From: Nitrosopumilus sp.
GTDB taxonomy: Archaea > Thermoproteota > Nitrososphaeria > Nitrososphaerales > Nitrosopumilaceae
Direction of reading: 5' to 3'
NCBI GenBank assembly: GCA_965219345.1
Contig: OZ244732.1
Coordinates: 992,001-1,056,000, forward strand
DNA length: 64,000 nt
The position numbers and the translations under genes are program-made. Shown piece after piece: positions 11,399-20,380 of this stretch (positions are counted from its first letter, which is position 1; every line of letters begins with the position of its first letter). A model generated the notes under the pieces. That model searched no databases. It was not told where the DNA came from and saw only the letters and a list, made by a program, of their open reading frames with translations.

Positions 11399-12000
11399 TC
11401 ATCGCCGTGACAATTGGAATGCAGATAAGATCAAACGGAAGTCGTATCGAACCATCTGCTTTATTGATACATACCCGCTTCCAATGGCAATTGCATTTGG
11501 TGTAGCAGTTCCAACTGGCATCCAATCAAAGAAAATTATCTCACCTCCTGCAATCGAATCACCTAGAGAAACAAAAAGTGCATCAGGTGCAGTACCAATC
11601 AGAGTTGCCATCCCTCCCAGACTGGCAGCATATGCAACACACAGTATCAGACATGTTGCAAATCTTTTTTTTGTGTAACATTTACTTGTGATATCACGGC
11701 AATTGCAATTGGAAGGATTAGCAAGGTGGTTGCGGTGTTTGTAATCCAAGCACTCATGCATCCCGTGACAATTATGAATCCTAAAACGATATTTTTTGGT
11801 TTTGTTCCTACTATTTTCAGAGTGTTTAATGCAAATCGCTTGTGAAGATTTACTTTTTCTATTGTCTTTGCAGTCAGAAACCCACCCATCAGTAAAAATA
11901 CCAACCTGTCATCATACGCAGAAATTACCTTGTCAATGTCTGCCACATTAAGCAGTGGAAATACAAATAATGGAATTGGCGCAGTAACATAAAATGGGAT
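11399..12000 (-). pseudogene. SLC13/DASS sodium:dicarboxylate/sulfate symporter remnant (frameshifted, internally deleted, 5' truncated)
   Basis: Fragments IPFYVTAPIPLFVFPLL, FLLMGGF..A..IEKVNLHKRFAL, SAWITNTATT, AYAASLGGMATLIGTAP and PNAIAIGSG lie in different frames. Confidence 0.85.
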
Positions 12001-12474
12001 GGTAAGTTATCTACTGCAGTATTGAATCTGTCGGTAGCTTCAAGACCAGTTTCAACAGCTAAACGGTATTTTCTATCATATGTACCAATAGTGGCAAAGT
12101 ATGAACGCTCAGAAGTACTAGAATCTTGGGAATAACTTGCATCAACTTCAGCATCAACTTCAGCATCAACTGCAGGTGAAGAATAAGACAGTCCTGCTGA
12201 AACAGACAGACTACTAGATAGTTCTTTAATTGACATATGCACATGTTTAATCACTTGATAATCATCAGTACTATCAAGGACCAAACTTTCAGATACAAGG
12301 TAATGACTGTCACCGATTTGCACTTCAATAATATCATCATTATCAAAATCAAATAACGCAATTGGAACTGGATTATCTTTGGAAATTCCTAGTTATGTCA
12401 ACACCATAAAATTGACTGATTCTAGGTATTAGAAGAGCGTCAGAAGTTGAAACAGAATCTAGTTCGGTATTCAT
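12001..12474 (-). pseudogene. MACPF (perforin-like) domain N-terminal remnant, frameshifted and truncated
   Basis: Joined frames read FYGVDIT-GISKDNPVPIALFDFD...IGDSHYLV...SIKELSSSLSVSAGLSY...YRLAV...FNTAVDNLP. Recognised by eye; the GTH signature is absent because of truncation. Confidence 0.5.
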
Positions 12475-12640
12475 GACTGGCGCAGAACTTTTCAAACAAG
12501 TGGAAAAAATGATAGAAAAAAATAACCAGGAAATAAACTCATTACGTCCAAACTATCACCCATTTTAACAGATTCTGCGAAATTAATATATGATGTTAAT
12601 TAAAACATAATTTGAAAGAAATTATAGTAGTTCTCAAAGT

Positions 12641-13183
12641 TTATTGTTGAACTGATGATTTAATTAATTCAGGAAATCCTGCCTGTTTTAGTCCTATATC
12701 ATTTTGTAACTGTTGTATTCTAGAGGCATAATGAAATGCATTTTTGTAATCACGATCTAATTGGGCTTTTTTGTATTCTGCCCAGCATTCCTGTAACTCA
12801 TTCCATATTTCACTAATATCAAAGCCAGATTTTGTTTGAATTGGTTTATCGAATTTGATCATAGTTTCGATGAAAAAAATACTATCCTTTGTCAAGTGTA
12901 AAATTTGATTAAGTAATTCGTCAAAATGAAAATTATTGAGCGGAATTTTTTTATTAAATTCAGTTAAAAAATAAAATTTTGAAAAACCAACTTCTGGAAT
13001 CCTATATCTAGTTGAATGTGACTTTCCCAATTCTTCCAAATTGTTTAACGAGTCTTGTACCTGTCTTGGAGAATAATGATTTTCCAATATGATTTCAATT
13101 GCCGCTTCATGTCTCGGAGTTATTTTTGGGCGATTTGATGAATCATAGAATATTTTTAGAATTTCTTGTTCAATTTCTCGCAT
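12641..13183 (-). CDS. Hypothetical protein (possibly two fused fragments)
   Basis: 180-aa ORF; internal ATG (MIKFDKP) may start a separate 73-aa gene. Confidence 0.5.
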   Translation of the reverse strand: MREIEQEILKIFYDSSNRPKITPRHEAAIEIILENHYSPRQVQDSLNNLEELGKSHSTRYRIPEVGFSKFYFLTEFNKKIPLNNFHFDELLNQILHLTKDSIFFIETMIKFDKPIQTKSGFDISEIWNELQECWAEYKKAQLDRDYKNAFHYASRIQQLQNDIGLKQAGFPELIKSSVQQ

Positions 13184-13362
13184 TATTTAATTGACATTTT
13201 ATTTAAAGTTGAATTTTTCGCAAAAAATTTCTATTTTTCATACCTAATTCTTTACTTTTTACGTTGAGCTAGGTTTTTATGCTTTAATCCGTGAGCAATG
13301 TATAGTCAGTTCATAGATCTATGTATACTAGGATCTTTGATCTAACTAGAGGTTGATCATAG

Positions 13363-13959
13363 ATGGTAAAATTCAAAACAAAAGAAGAAAATATGCAATT
13401 ACGGTACATGCTAGAGAATCCAGCATTTACTCAAAGACAGATGTCTAGAGATATTGGCATCAATCATGGGGCAAGAATTAGTAGTTTTGTAAGATGGCTT
13501 GAGAGTTTCAAATTTGTTAAAAAAACAATTGACGAGAAAGGAAAACCAATTTACCAAGTTCCATCCAGACAAGCATTACTAGCTTTCTACAATCGATTTC
13601 GAGATATGCAAAATGAAAAAATTGGAACTTATACCATTGGTCCTGATCCGGATTTTACAATGAAATATCTAAGTAAAAATGGAGGAATAATGTGTTTAAC
13701 AAGTGCACTGAAATTTTATGATGATTATGCAAGAGATCCTGAATTACATGCATATGTAGAAAATCCATCATTACTTGAAGAAGTCCAGTCTTCAGAAGGC
13801 AAAATAAAAGTTCATCTATATTGGTACAAATATCCTGACGATTCAAGAATGGAAGACGAAGTTAAGATTACATCACCAACTAGAACAATAATGGATCTTT
13901 ATTGTAGCAATATGGCATATTTGGCTGAGCGTTTAATCTCCCGAAAGTGGTATCTATGA
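13363..13959 (+). CDS. AbiEi-like antitoxin: N-terminal winged helix plus C-terminal ITSPTRTIMDLY domain
   Basis: HTH-like FTQRQMSRDIGI, LTSAL..Y and the AbiEi-type C-terminal motif; ATGA overlap with next gene. Confidence 0.65.
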   Translation: MVKFKTKEENMQLRYMLENPAFTQRQMSRDIGINHGARISSFVRWLESFKFVKKTIDEKGKPIYQVPSRQALLAFYNRFRDMQNEKIGTYTIGPDPDFTMKYLSKNGGIMCLTSALKFYDDYARDPELHAYVENPSLLEEVQSSEGKIKVHLYWYKYPDDSRMEDEVKITSPTRTIMDLYCSNMAYLAERLISRKWYL

Positions 13960-14684
13960 GTTATGATGATTATGATAAAAAATTTACGGATGTAAGCTTT
14001 GATGAATTAAAAAAATTTTTGAGATGGATGAATGAAAAGAAGGGGATATACCCCATAATTATTGGAGGTTGGGCAGTATACGCCTACAAACAGGCACTAG
14101 GTTCAAAGGATATAGATGTAGTAATGCCAACAGACAAAGATCTTAATGACGTACTATTAACGGAATATTTTCCTGCTAACGGATATGATGTAAAAAAAGA
14201 TCAATTTTTCAATCCAAAATATTATGTAAAAGAAGTAGAAGATAAAGGCAGGACAAAAGAAATTATTGTGGATGTATTTATCGGCAATTTTTCAAAAGAG
14301 GATGAAGAAGGATTAGGAATAAAATTCCACTGGGAAGAAGTTATGAAACATCAAGAGCTGAAGGAATTGGGAAGTCTTTCGTTATACGTCCCAAAGCTCG
14401 AATTATTGGTATTTTTGAAGGTTGTAGCCTCACTAGAACGTACTTCAAAGTATGATAAAACAGGCGATCCCAATATTCCTTCAAAAATTTGGAAGGATTA
14501 TTATGACATTGCAATATTGATTTCATTGAACAAGTTAGACAAGGAATTATTAAGTAAATTTCTACAAGAGTCTAATGTTCAACAATATGTAGAAAGGTTT
14601 CTTTTGGGATACAAAACAGATTATTCTAAAATTTTAGATGATTTAGGCATGACATATCAAAATTTAGAGGGTTGTTTCAATTAA
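13956..14684 (+). CDS. AbiEii-like nucleotidyltransferase toxin
   Basis: IIGGWAV...SKDIDVV polymerase-beta motif, LK..S..R and KDYYDI; translationally coupled to the upstream gene. Confidence 0.7.
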   Translation: MSYDDYDKKFTDVSFDELKKFLRWMNEKKGIYPIIIGGWAVYAYKQALGSKDIDVVMPTDKDLNDVLLTEYFPANGYDVKKDQFFNPKYYVKEVEDKGRTKEIIVDVFIGNFSKEDEEGLGIKFHWEEVMKHQELKELGSLSLYVPKLELLVFLKVVASLERTSKYDKTGDPNIPSKIWKDYYDIAILISLNKLDKELLSKFLQESNVQQYVERFLLGYKTDYSKILDDLGMTYQNLEGCFN

Positions 14685-15343
14685 AGCAAAGAAGCTTTCA
14701 ATGTAATTGTTAGGTGTATATCAATAACGTGCACGGGATTTAAAAGAATAGTTTGACACCTTCAATGTATTTTCATATCGGAACTGGGGAGTTAACGGGA
14801 TCTGATTCCTCCTGGGAAACGTTGGGAGCTGGAACAAGGAATCTGCAAGCCCCAACTTTACACTGCCACCTTTGTAAAATATTACGTTCTGCATTGGTAT
14901 CACTTATTGCAGGAATGAAGAATAAAATCAGTAATGGGATACTATTTTTTATTCAATTCATCAAGAGTCTATAATATCCAAATAGATTGTATCATCAGAA
15001 CGAGAATACATTGCTTTGTAGTCCTTATTGCTTCCCATTATAGCTCCTTGTGCATTCATGACTTCTTCTTCTTCTGTTGCATCAGCATCTAAAAATTTCA
15101 ACCATACACGATTAAAACAAAGCATAAAGTGTTCTTGACTTCTAATTCGTGAAATTTAGATCTAAAATCTTTTGGTTTTTCTAGATTAACCATCTCTGAG
15201 CTCGGCTACAAAATCTTTAAAACAATTTGACTTTGTAGTAGCCTCTCCTAGTGTTTTTTTGAAAGCTTCTAATTCTTCTTTTGTGCTGGATTCAAATATT
15301 TCTCGCATATTGTGTATTATTCCAGTAGTCGGAAATATGCCTC

Positions 15344-15878
15344 TTAGGCAGATCCTCCGACATCATACGGTTGACCCGCCATCCTGCATAATTCCAACGC
15401 AGCCATTGCCGTAGCATATGCGACAAGTGCCAGGGTTACCCGATCATAATTTGAATCTGTTCGGTACTGCTCCACTGCCCATGCATTGTACATGAACATC
15501 GAGACGTGAAACATGATTCCCCTAAATGACGCATTGCGGCTTGTTGTCCTCGGACGCACCTGCTCGACCTGCTTGTATCCTGTCTCTATTCCCCACCTAC
15601 TCTTGTACTCATCTGGAAGCGTCTCAATCTCTTCTAATGCCTTGGCTGGGGAAAGGTTGGTGGCAAAGACATTGTATCTTTCCGTGATGTCAGCATCAGG
15701 ATCGTCTATCTTTTTTGATGGCGTGATTATCAATGTAAATGTGGCAGACTGACCTGCTGCGTTTCTGATGGCGTACTGTGAGACTGCCTTGCGTGATTTA
15801 TCGTGGTGCTCCCGTATCATCCTCTTTATCCCCGCGTTCTTGACTGCAGGCATCAGGAACTTGCATCTATGTTCTGAT
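15344..15878 (-). pseudogene. ISH3-type transposase, C-terminal half
   Basis: FLMPAVKN, FATNL and YKSRWGIETGYK (YREK-like motif); continues in frame from the N-terminal half once the insert is removed. Confidence 0.88.
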
Positions 15879-15952
15879 GGTTCTGTAACGTTATCGTTAC
15901 CTGAAAACACGATCTTCTAAGGATTGAGATTTTACAAGCTAAAATGATGATA

Positions 15953-17080
15953 TTATTGATATTGACTAAGTGAGGCGTTTTGAATGATGGTCTTCCACTT
16001 GTTATTTCCATCAACTAGAATACCAGCTAATTCGGCTGGAGTCTTCTTGCCAATTCCACCATGCTTCTTTGAGAAATTGTAAAATGTCTGAAATCCGTCA
16101 AAGAGAGGACTGTCCATCTTTTTTATTCCCCTGTATGATACTTCCCTGTCTCTGATTGTACCGTTCAATCGCTCCATTCTGTTGTTGTTTTTGTCGCCTT
16201 TCATGTGGATATGGCGTATATGTTTCGTGTCTTTACATAGGAAATTCTTGGCCTTGTAGTTATTTTTCCATGCCTCATGGAAATTATGAGCTCCATCAGA
16301 GATTAGGGTTTTTGGTATCTTGTCTGCAATCATCATGGCTTCCCTGAACATTGGGTTTACATTTTCAGTACCTTTTGTATTTGCCACATATTGGGTAATC
16401 ATAAATCTGGTCTCATGGTCTAACATGGAATACTGGAGTTTCATATTGCCTTTTATCTTCATAAAAATCTCATCTGTTCTCCAAGTTTCAGATACCCTTG
16501 GAACTATGCCCTTTACGTAATCTGCAACCATCTTAGAGTATTTTTCAATCCATCTGTATACTGTCATGTGAGATACCTTGATGTCCTCCTGTTCAAAAGC
16601 ATCTGCAATATCCCTGACACTCATTCCTGCAAAGTACGATTGTAAGGCACGTGTAATTAGTACGTCCTTTGATCTCATTTTCTCAAAACCTAAATTTAGT
16701 GTGAATATCTTCTTACAATCCTTGCATTTGTATTGCTGGGTATTGCCTTTCCTGTTTTTTCTGATTCCCTTTTTGGTTAACCTGCCTGATGAACAGAACT
16801 TGCATAATGGGAGTTTTGACTGATCCATCATTCTAAATTCCTGTCTGGTATTACTTTGATTCTTTTTGATTAGTTCCAGTACAATCTTGATGTGCTTGCA
16901 GTCTGATTTTCTTTTGATGTGGTCTGGACAATCGCAAATTAACCCACCATCTGTCCTTGATATGATATAGTGAATCTGTGGTATGCTTTGTGATCTTACG
17001 CTGAATTTTTCAGGACTGAACTGTTTTACACAGTTTGGTTTTTCCATCATTTGTCTGGCTCTCTGGGTTCTTGGGTTCAT
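15953..17080 (-). CDS. IS6-family DDE transposase with N-terminal SWIM and Zn-ribbon domains
   Basis: CDCPDH..CKH (SWIM), CKFC..CKDC, TVYRWI (HTH), WRTDE, ISDG and NNRMERLNGTIR; ATG at 17080 preferred. Confidence 0.9.
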   Translation of the reverse strand: MNPRTQRARQMMEKPNCVKQFSPEKFSVRSQSIPQIHYIISRTDGGLICDCPDHIKRKSDCKHIKIVLELIKKNQSNTRQEFRMMDQSKLPLCKFCSSGRLTKKGIRKNRKGNTQQYKCKDCKKIFTLNLGFEKMRSKDVLITRALQSYFAGMSVRDIADAFEQEDIKVSHMTVYRWIEKYSKMVADYVKGIVPRVSETWRTDEIFMKIKGNMKLQYSMLDHETRFMITQYVANTKGTENVNPMFREAMMIADKIPKTLISDGAHNFHEAWKNNYKAKNFLCKDTKHIRHIHMKGDKNNNRMERLNGTIRDREVSYRGIKKMDSPLFDGFQTFYNFSKKHGGIGKKTPAELAGILVDGNNKWKTIIQNASLSQYQ

Positions 17081-17181
17081 ACAATAAGGTATCATTTACG
17101 GTAATATAAACATAAGGTAATAATTAAGGTATCAATACAATAAGGTAATAATAAATACCAGTACCTTATTTGATACCTTAT
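17081..17181. promoter_or_regulatory. Divergent promoter region with repeated TAAGGTA boxes (putative operators)
   Basis: Four TAAGGTA and two inverted TACCTTA copies within about 100 bp. Confidence 0.6.
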
Positions 17182-17347
17182 GGTAGAGTCTACAAAACTG
17201 CAAGCTGCAAATATAGCCAAGTCACTTAGAGCTACTGTGCCTATGTCAATAGTCAAACAACTTGAATTGAACGAAGGCGATTATCTCGAATGGGATTTGG
17301 ACAAAGACAGTAAGGGTTGGGTTGTCAAGGTGAGGAGGAGAAAGTGA
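17180..17347 (+). CDS. AbrB/MazE/SpoVT-like small regulator (55 aa)
   Basis: Manual translation MVESTKLQAANIAKSLRATVPMSIVKQLELNEGDYLEWDLDKDSKGWVVKVRRRK; paralogue at 43147-43329. Below ORF-track cutoff. Confidence 0.85.
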   Translation: MVESTKLQAANIAKSLRATVPMSIVKQLELNEGDYLEWDLDKDSKGWVVKVRRRK

Positions 17348-17354
17348 GATCAAT

Positions 17355-18224
17355 TTGATCAATTCAAAACTTAAACGTAAAGGAGTAAGGGTAAATGTAA
17401 CATTGAGACAAAAGACAAAACTCAAAGTTGATTTGGATAAAATCTACAATGAGAACTGTCTTAAGACGATGGCAAAAATGCCTGATAATTTTCTAGACCT
17501 TGTGATTACATCTCCTCCTTATGATAACATGAGACGATATGATGGCAATACCTTTTGTGAGTTTGAGCAGATAGCTGCGGAATTGTATCGTGTAATAAAA
17601 GTAGGCGGAGTCGTTGTATGGGTTGTAGGTGATCAGACTAAGAGTGGTGACGAAAGCGGGTCATCGTTCAAACACGCTTTGTATTTTAAAAAAATTGGTT
17701 TTAACCTGTTTGATACGATGATATATCTAAAACCCCCTCGTGGTGCAGTGGGAAATAACAAGACATACTGGCAGACATTCGAGTACATGTTTGTATTGTC
17801 AAAAGGACTGCCTAAAACAATCAATCTGCTAATGGACAGAGAAAACAAGGATGCAAGAGATGGTGATAACGGCACAAAGCGTCTGCATAACGGCAATCTG
17901 AAAAAACTAAGACGTGGAGGATATGAAAAAAATGGCAGAAGAACCAACGTATGGCAGTATAATATCGGCAATGGACATTCCGCAACCGACAGTTTCGCAC
18001 ACAAACACCCTGCAATCTTTCCTGAAAGTCTGGCAGAAGATCATATTTTGTCGTGGAGTGATAAGAACGATATCGTGTATGATCCATTTATGGGATCAGG
18101 AACCACTGCAAAGATGGTAATGCTAAACAAGCGTCACTATATTGGCAGTGAGATAAGCAAGGATTATTACAAGCTCGCAAATGACCGAATAAAGGATTGT
18201 CAGACCCAGATGCGACTAAGTTAA
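17355..18224 (+). CDS. Beta-class amino (N4-C/N6-A) DNA methyltransferase
   Basis: ITSPPY precedes HPAIFP and VYDPFMGSGTT; exact start uncertain. Confidence 0.92.
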   Translation: MINSKLKRKGVRVNVTLRQKTKLKVDLDKIYNENCLKTMAKMPDNFLDLVITSPPYDNMRRYDGNTFCEFEQIAAELYRVIKVGGVVVWVVGDQTKSGDESGSSFKHALYFKKIGFNLFDTMIYLKPPRGAVGNNKTYWQTFEYMFVLSKGLPKTINLLMDRENKDARDGDNGTKRLHNGNLKKLRRGGYEKNGRRTNVWQYNIGNGHSATDSFAHKHPAIFPESLAEDHILSWSDKNDIVYDPFMGSGTTAKMVMLNKRHYIGSEISKDYYKLANDRIKDCQTQMRLS

Positions 18225-18616
18225 AATGGTGTCGAGAGTGCAAACGGGATAAACTGGGAATACATTTTGCCAAGAACCAGTTTGGAAAAGATAACAGAAT
18301 ACTACGCAGACCTGTCTGCAAGGAATGTTATGCCAAAAAGAAGACAATAGACCCAAAGCTAAGGCGTGAATATTTAAAAAAACATCCTGCACCTGCAATA
18401 GGCAAGAGATTTACCTGTCCAATATGTCAAAAATCAAAAATCAGGGAACACAATAACGAGGTAAACCTTGATCATAACCATAAAACAGGCAAGATTAGGG
18501 GATGGATATGTAGCAGCTGTAACACAAGCATAGGCAAATTCAATGAGGATGTGAACGTCCTTGAAAGGGCAATCAAGTGGCTAAAGGGAACATTGCTGTC
18601 CTTCTTCTTCTTGTGA
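18197..18616 (+). CDS. Hpy99I-like betabetaalpha-Me (EndoVII/HNH) restriction endonuclease
   Basis: CxxC..F.KNQ..RPVCKEC..FTCPIC..LDHNHKTG..RGWICSSCN..IG.F layout; overlaps the methyltransferase stop. Confidence 0.8.
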   Translation: MSDPDATKLKWCRECKRDKLGIHFAKNQFGKDNRILRRPVCKECYAKKKTIDPKLRREYLKKHPAPAIGKRFTCPICQKSKIREHNNEVNLDHNHKTGKIRGWICSSCNTSIGKFNEDVNVLERAIKWLKGTLLSFFFL

Positions 18617-18720
18617 AGCGACGGTACTTAACACGGATAATCAGGCGACGCTAACTTAGCAATACCTTGAATCAATCCTTAGAAGATCGTGTTTTCAGGT
18701 AACGATAACGTTACAGAACC

Positions 18721-19435
18721 GTTCTGATACAAGATTGATTATTTCAGTAGAGTAGAACTCGCGGTCCATCAGCAGCAGCCGGGCCCGTATCCTGTAACCC
18801 TTGAGTTTTTGTACGAATTTACGCACAAAATCGGCATCATCCACGCTGCGCGTTACCTGCATGCACTCCAAAATGGCAGGAACCCGTTCTGCTACCACAT
18901 GCATTGTTGCGTAACACTCGAACTTACTTGTACCGCCCTTTGGTTTGGATCTTGTCAAATGTGACATGTTGTCCTTGTCATGCCTTGGTATCAGGTGCTT
19001 GTCTATTGCTACTAGTACGCCTCCCTTGTATCGGCATGTATTCTTGGCAAGTCTTGCGGTGCGTGTGAGCATGTCCCTGCAGAGTTTGTCTGCACTGCCT
19101 GATCCCAGCGAGTTTATCCTGTTGCGAAACCACTTGGGTGATGGCATCTTCTTTTCTGCGTGCTTGAGAAGCCTGATTGCTTCCTCGGAAGCTATGTTGG
19201 ATTCAGACATCTTCATCAGTATGGCTACAAACTCGCTTACCCCATATTGAGCATTCTTCCTAGTAGAGAATCCTATGGATGAAGACTCTAGTATTGCTGA
19301 CAAGGTATTAAGTATCCTTTCTCCAATCTTGTTACGGTGTACCTGCCCACCTTTTTGCACTAACACTAAGGTGGGTAAGGGCACTGTAGATAATAGATCT
19401 GTATGATCGAAAAATGTTAACGCATCAGAGAGCAT
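18721..19435 (-). pseudogene. ISH3-type transposase, N-terminal half
   Basis: VAIDKH, GGTSKF.YAT and LLMDREFYS motifs; cut by element A. Confidence 0.88.
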
Positions 19436-19537
19436 CTGTTGGCTGGTTTTATGGGGACATTTCCGACTACTGCATTCAATATAGGGTTAATAAATATGAA
19501 CCACTTTCCTTGATAAAGAGACTAATTAATTCTCATC

Positions 19538-20313
19538 TTTGAGTGTCTTGACTGTAAAAAGAAATTCTCTACAAACTTTGGATTTGAAAATATGAGATAT
19601 GACTATACCGTCATAACAGGAGCTCTACAAATGTACTATTCAGGTATGAGTGTAAGAGACATTGAAAATCACTATGAAATGCTGGGAATTGAAGTAGACC
19701 ACAGTTCTATCATGATTGGATTTGTAAATATTCTATAATGGTTAGCAAGTATCCAAATGAGATAGTTCCTAGAACCAACGAAAGAGTAATGGTAAGAGCC
19801 GATGAGGTTTGGATTAAGGTAAATGGCAAACAGAATTATTTGTTTGCCTCAATGGAAGATGATAGTCGTCATTGGCTAGCTAGCGATATGGCAGATACAA
19901 AGTTTCAACACAATGCAGACAATCTATTAAAGCTCACAAAGGAAGCAATAGGCAGAAATCCAGTTTATTTTGTAACTGACGGATTACCAGCTTGTTGTAT
20001 GAAATCATCAAAGAAAGTGTTTGGAAAAAAGACACTTCATACTAGGCATATTCACATTCAAAAGGATATGAACAACAACAAAATGGAGAGGATGAACGGA
20101 GAAATCAGAGACAGAGAGAAAGTATTCAGAAGTCTTAAGAAGATTGATACACCTATCATTGATGGTATGAAAGCCTATTACAATTTCACAAAAAAACATG
20201 GTATATTGAAAGGAAAAACTCCAAGTGAGGAAGCCTTGATTAAAGTAGATGGGAAAAATAGATGGAAAGCTATCATTGAGAACGCTAGTCTTTACAGGGA
20301 GAATTCGGTCTGA
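19538..20313 (+). pseudogene. IS6-family transposase remnant (5' truncated, frameshift near 19710)
   Basis: FECLDCKKKF..GALQMYYSGMSVRDI in one frame, then RADE, VTDG and NNKMERMNGEIRDRE. Confidence 0.88.
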
Positions 20314-20317
20314 TTTA

Positions 20318-20340
20318 CCACTTGATAACCCAACAAAACC
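20318..20340. repeat. Probable right TIR of the IS6 remnant
   Basis: Reverse complement GGTTTTGTTGGGTTATCAAG resembles the GGTTCTGT...GTTATC ends of elements A and B; partner end is missing. Confidence 0.6.
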
Positions 20341-20380
20341 AAAGAATATGATTAATATAGCTATATTTTCTGAGAAATAT

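Larger units (their letters stand above)
15879..18720. mobile_element. IS6-family cargo transposon A (2842 bp) carrying a type II R-M system
   Basis: Perfect 49-bp TIRs GGTTCTGTAACGTTATCGTTACCTGAAAACACGATCTTCTAAGGATTGA (15879-15927, 18672-18720); perfect 8-bp TSD GTTCTGAT (15871-15878, 18721-18728). Confidence 0.95.
15323..19472 (-). mobile_element. ISH3-type insertion sequence (1300 bp when reconstituted), interrupted by an IS6 cargo transposon
   Basis: 14-bp TIR CAGTAGTCGGAAAT (15323-15336 and 19459-19472); flanks TATTC/CATTC (imperfect 5-bp TSD); split DDE transposase. Confidence 0.85.

Noticed and set aside
14721-15310. Short ORFs between the toxin-antitoxin pair and the ISH3 element
   Set aside because: They are fragmentary with no recognisable motifs; probably gene debris.
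20249-20380. ORF-track start of the giant gene (likewise 37484 for the second surface protein)
   Set aside because: The extensions run through IS6 remnants; the GTG starts at 20381 and 37583 give signal peptides and TATA-like spacing.
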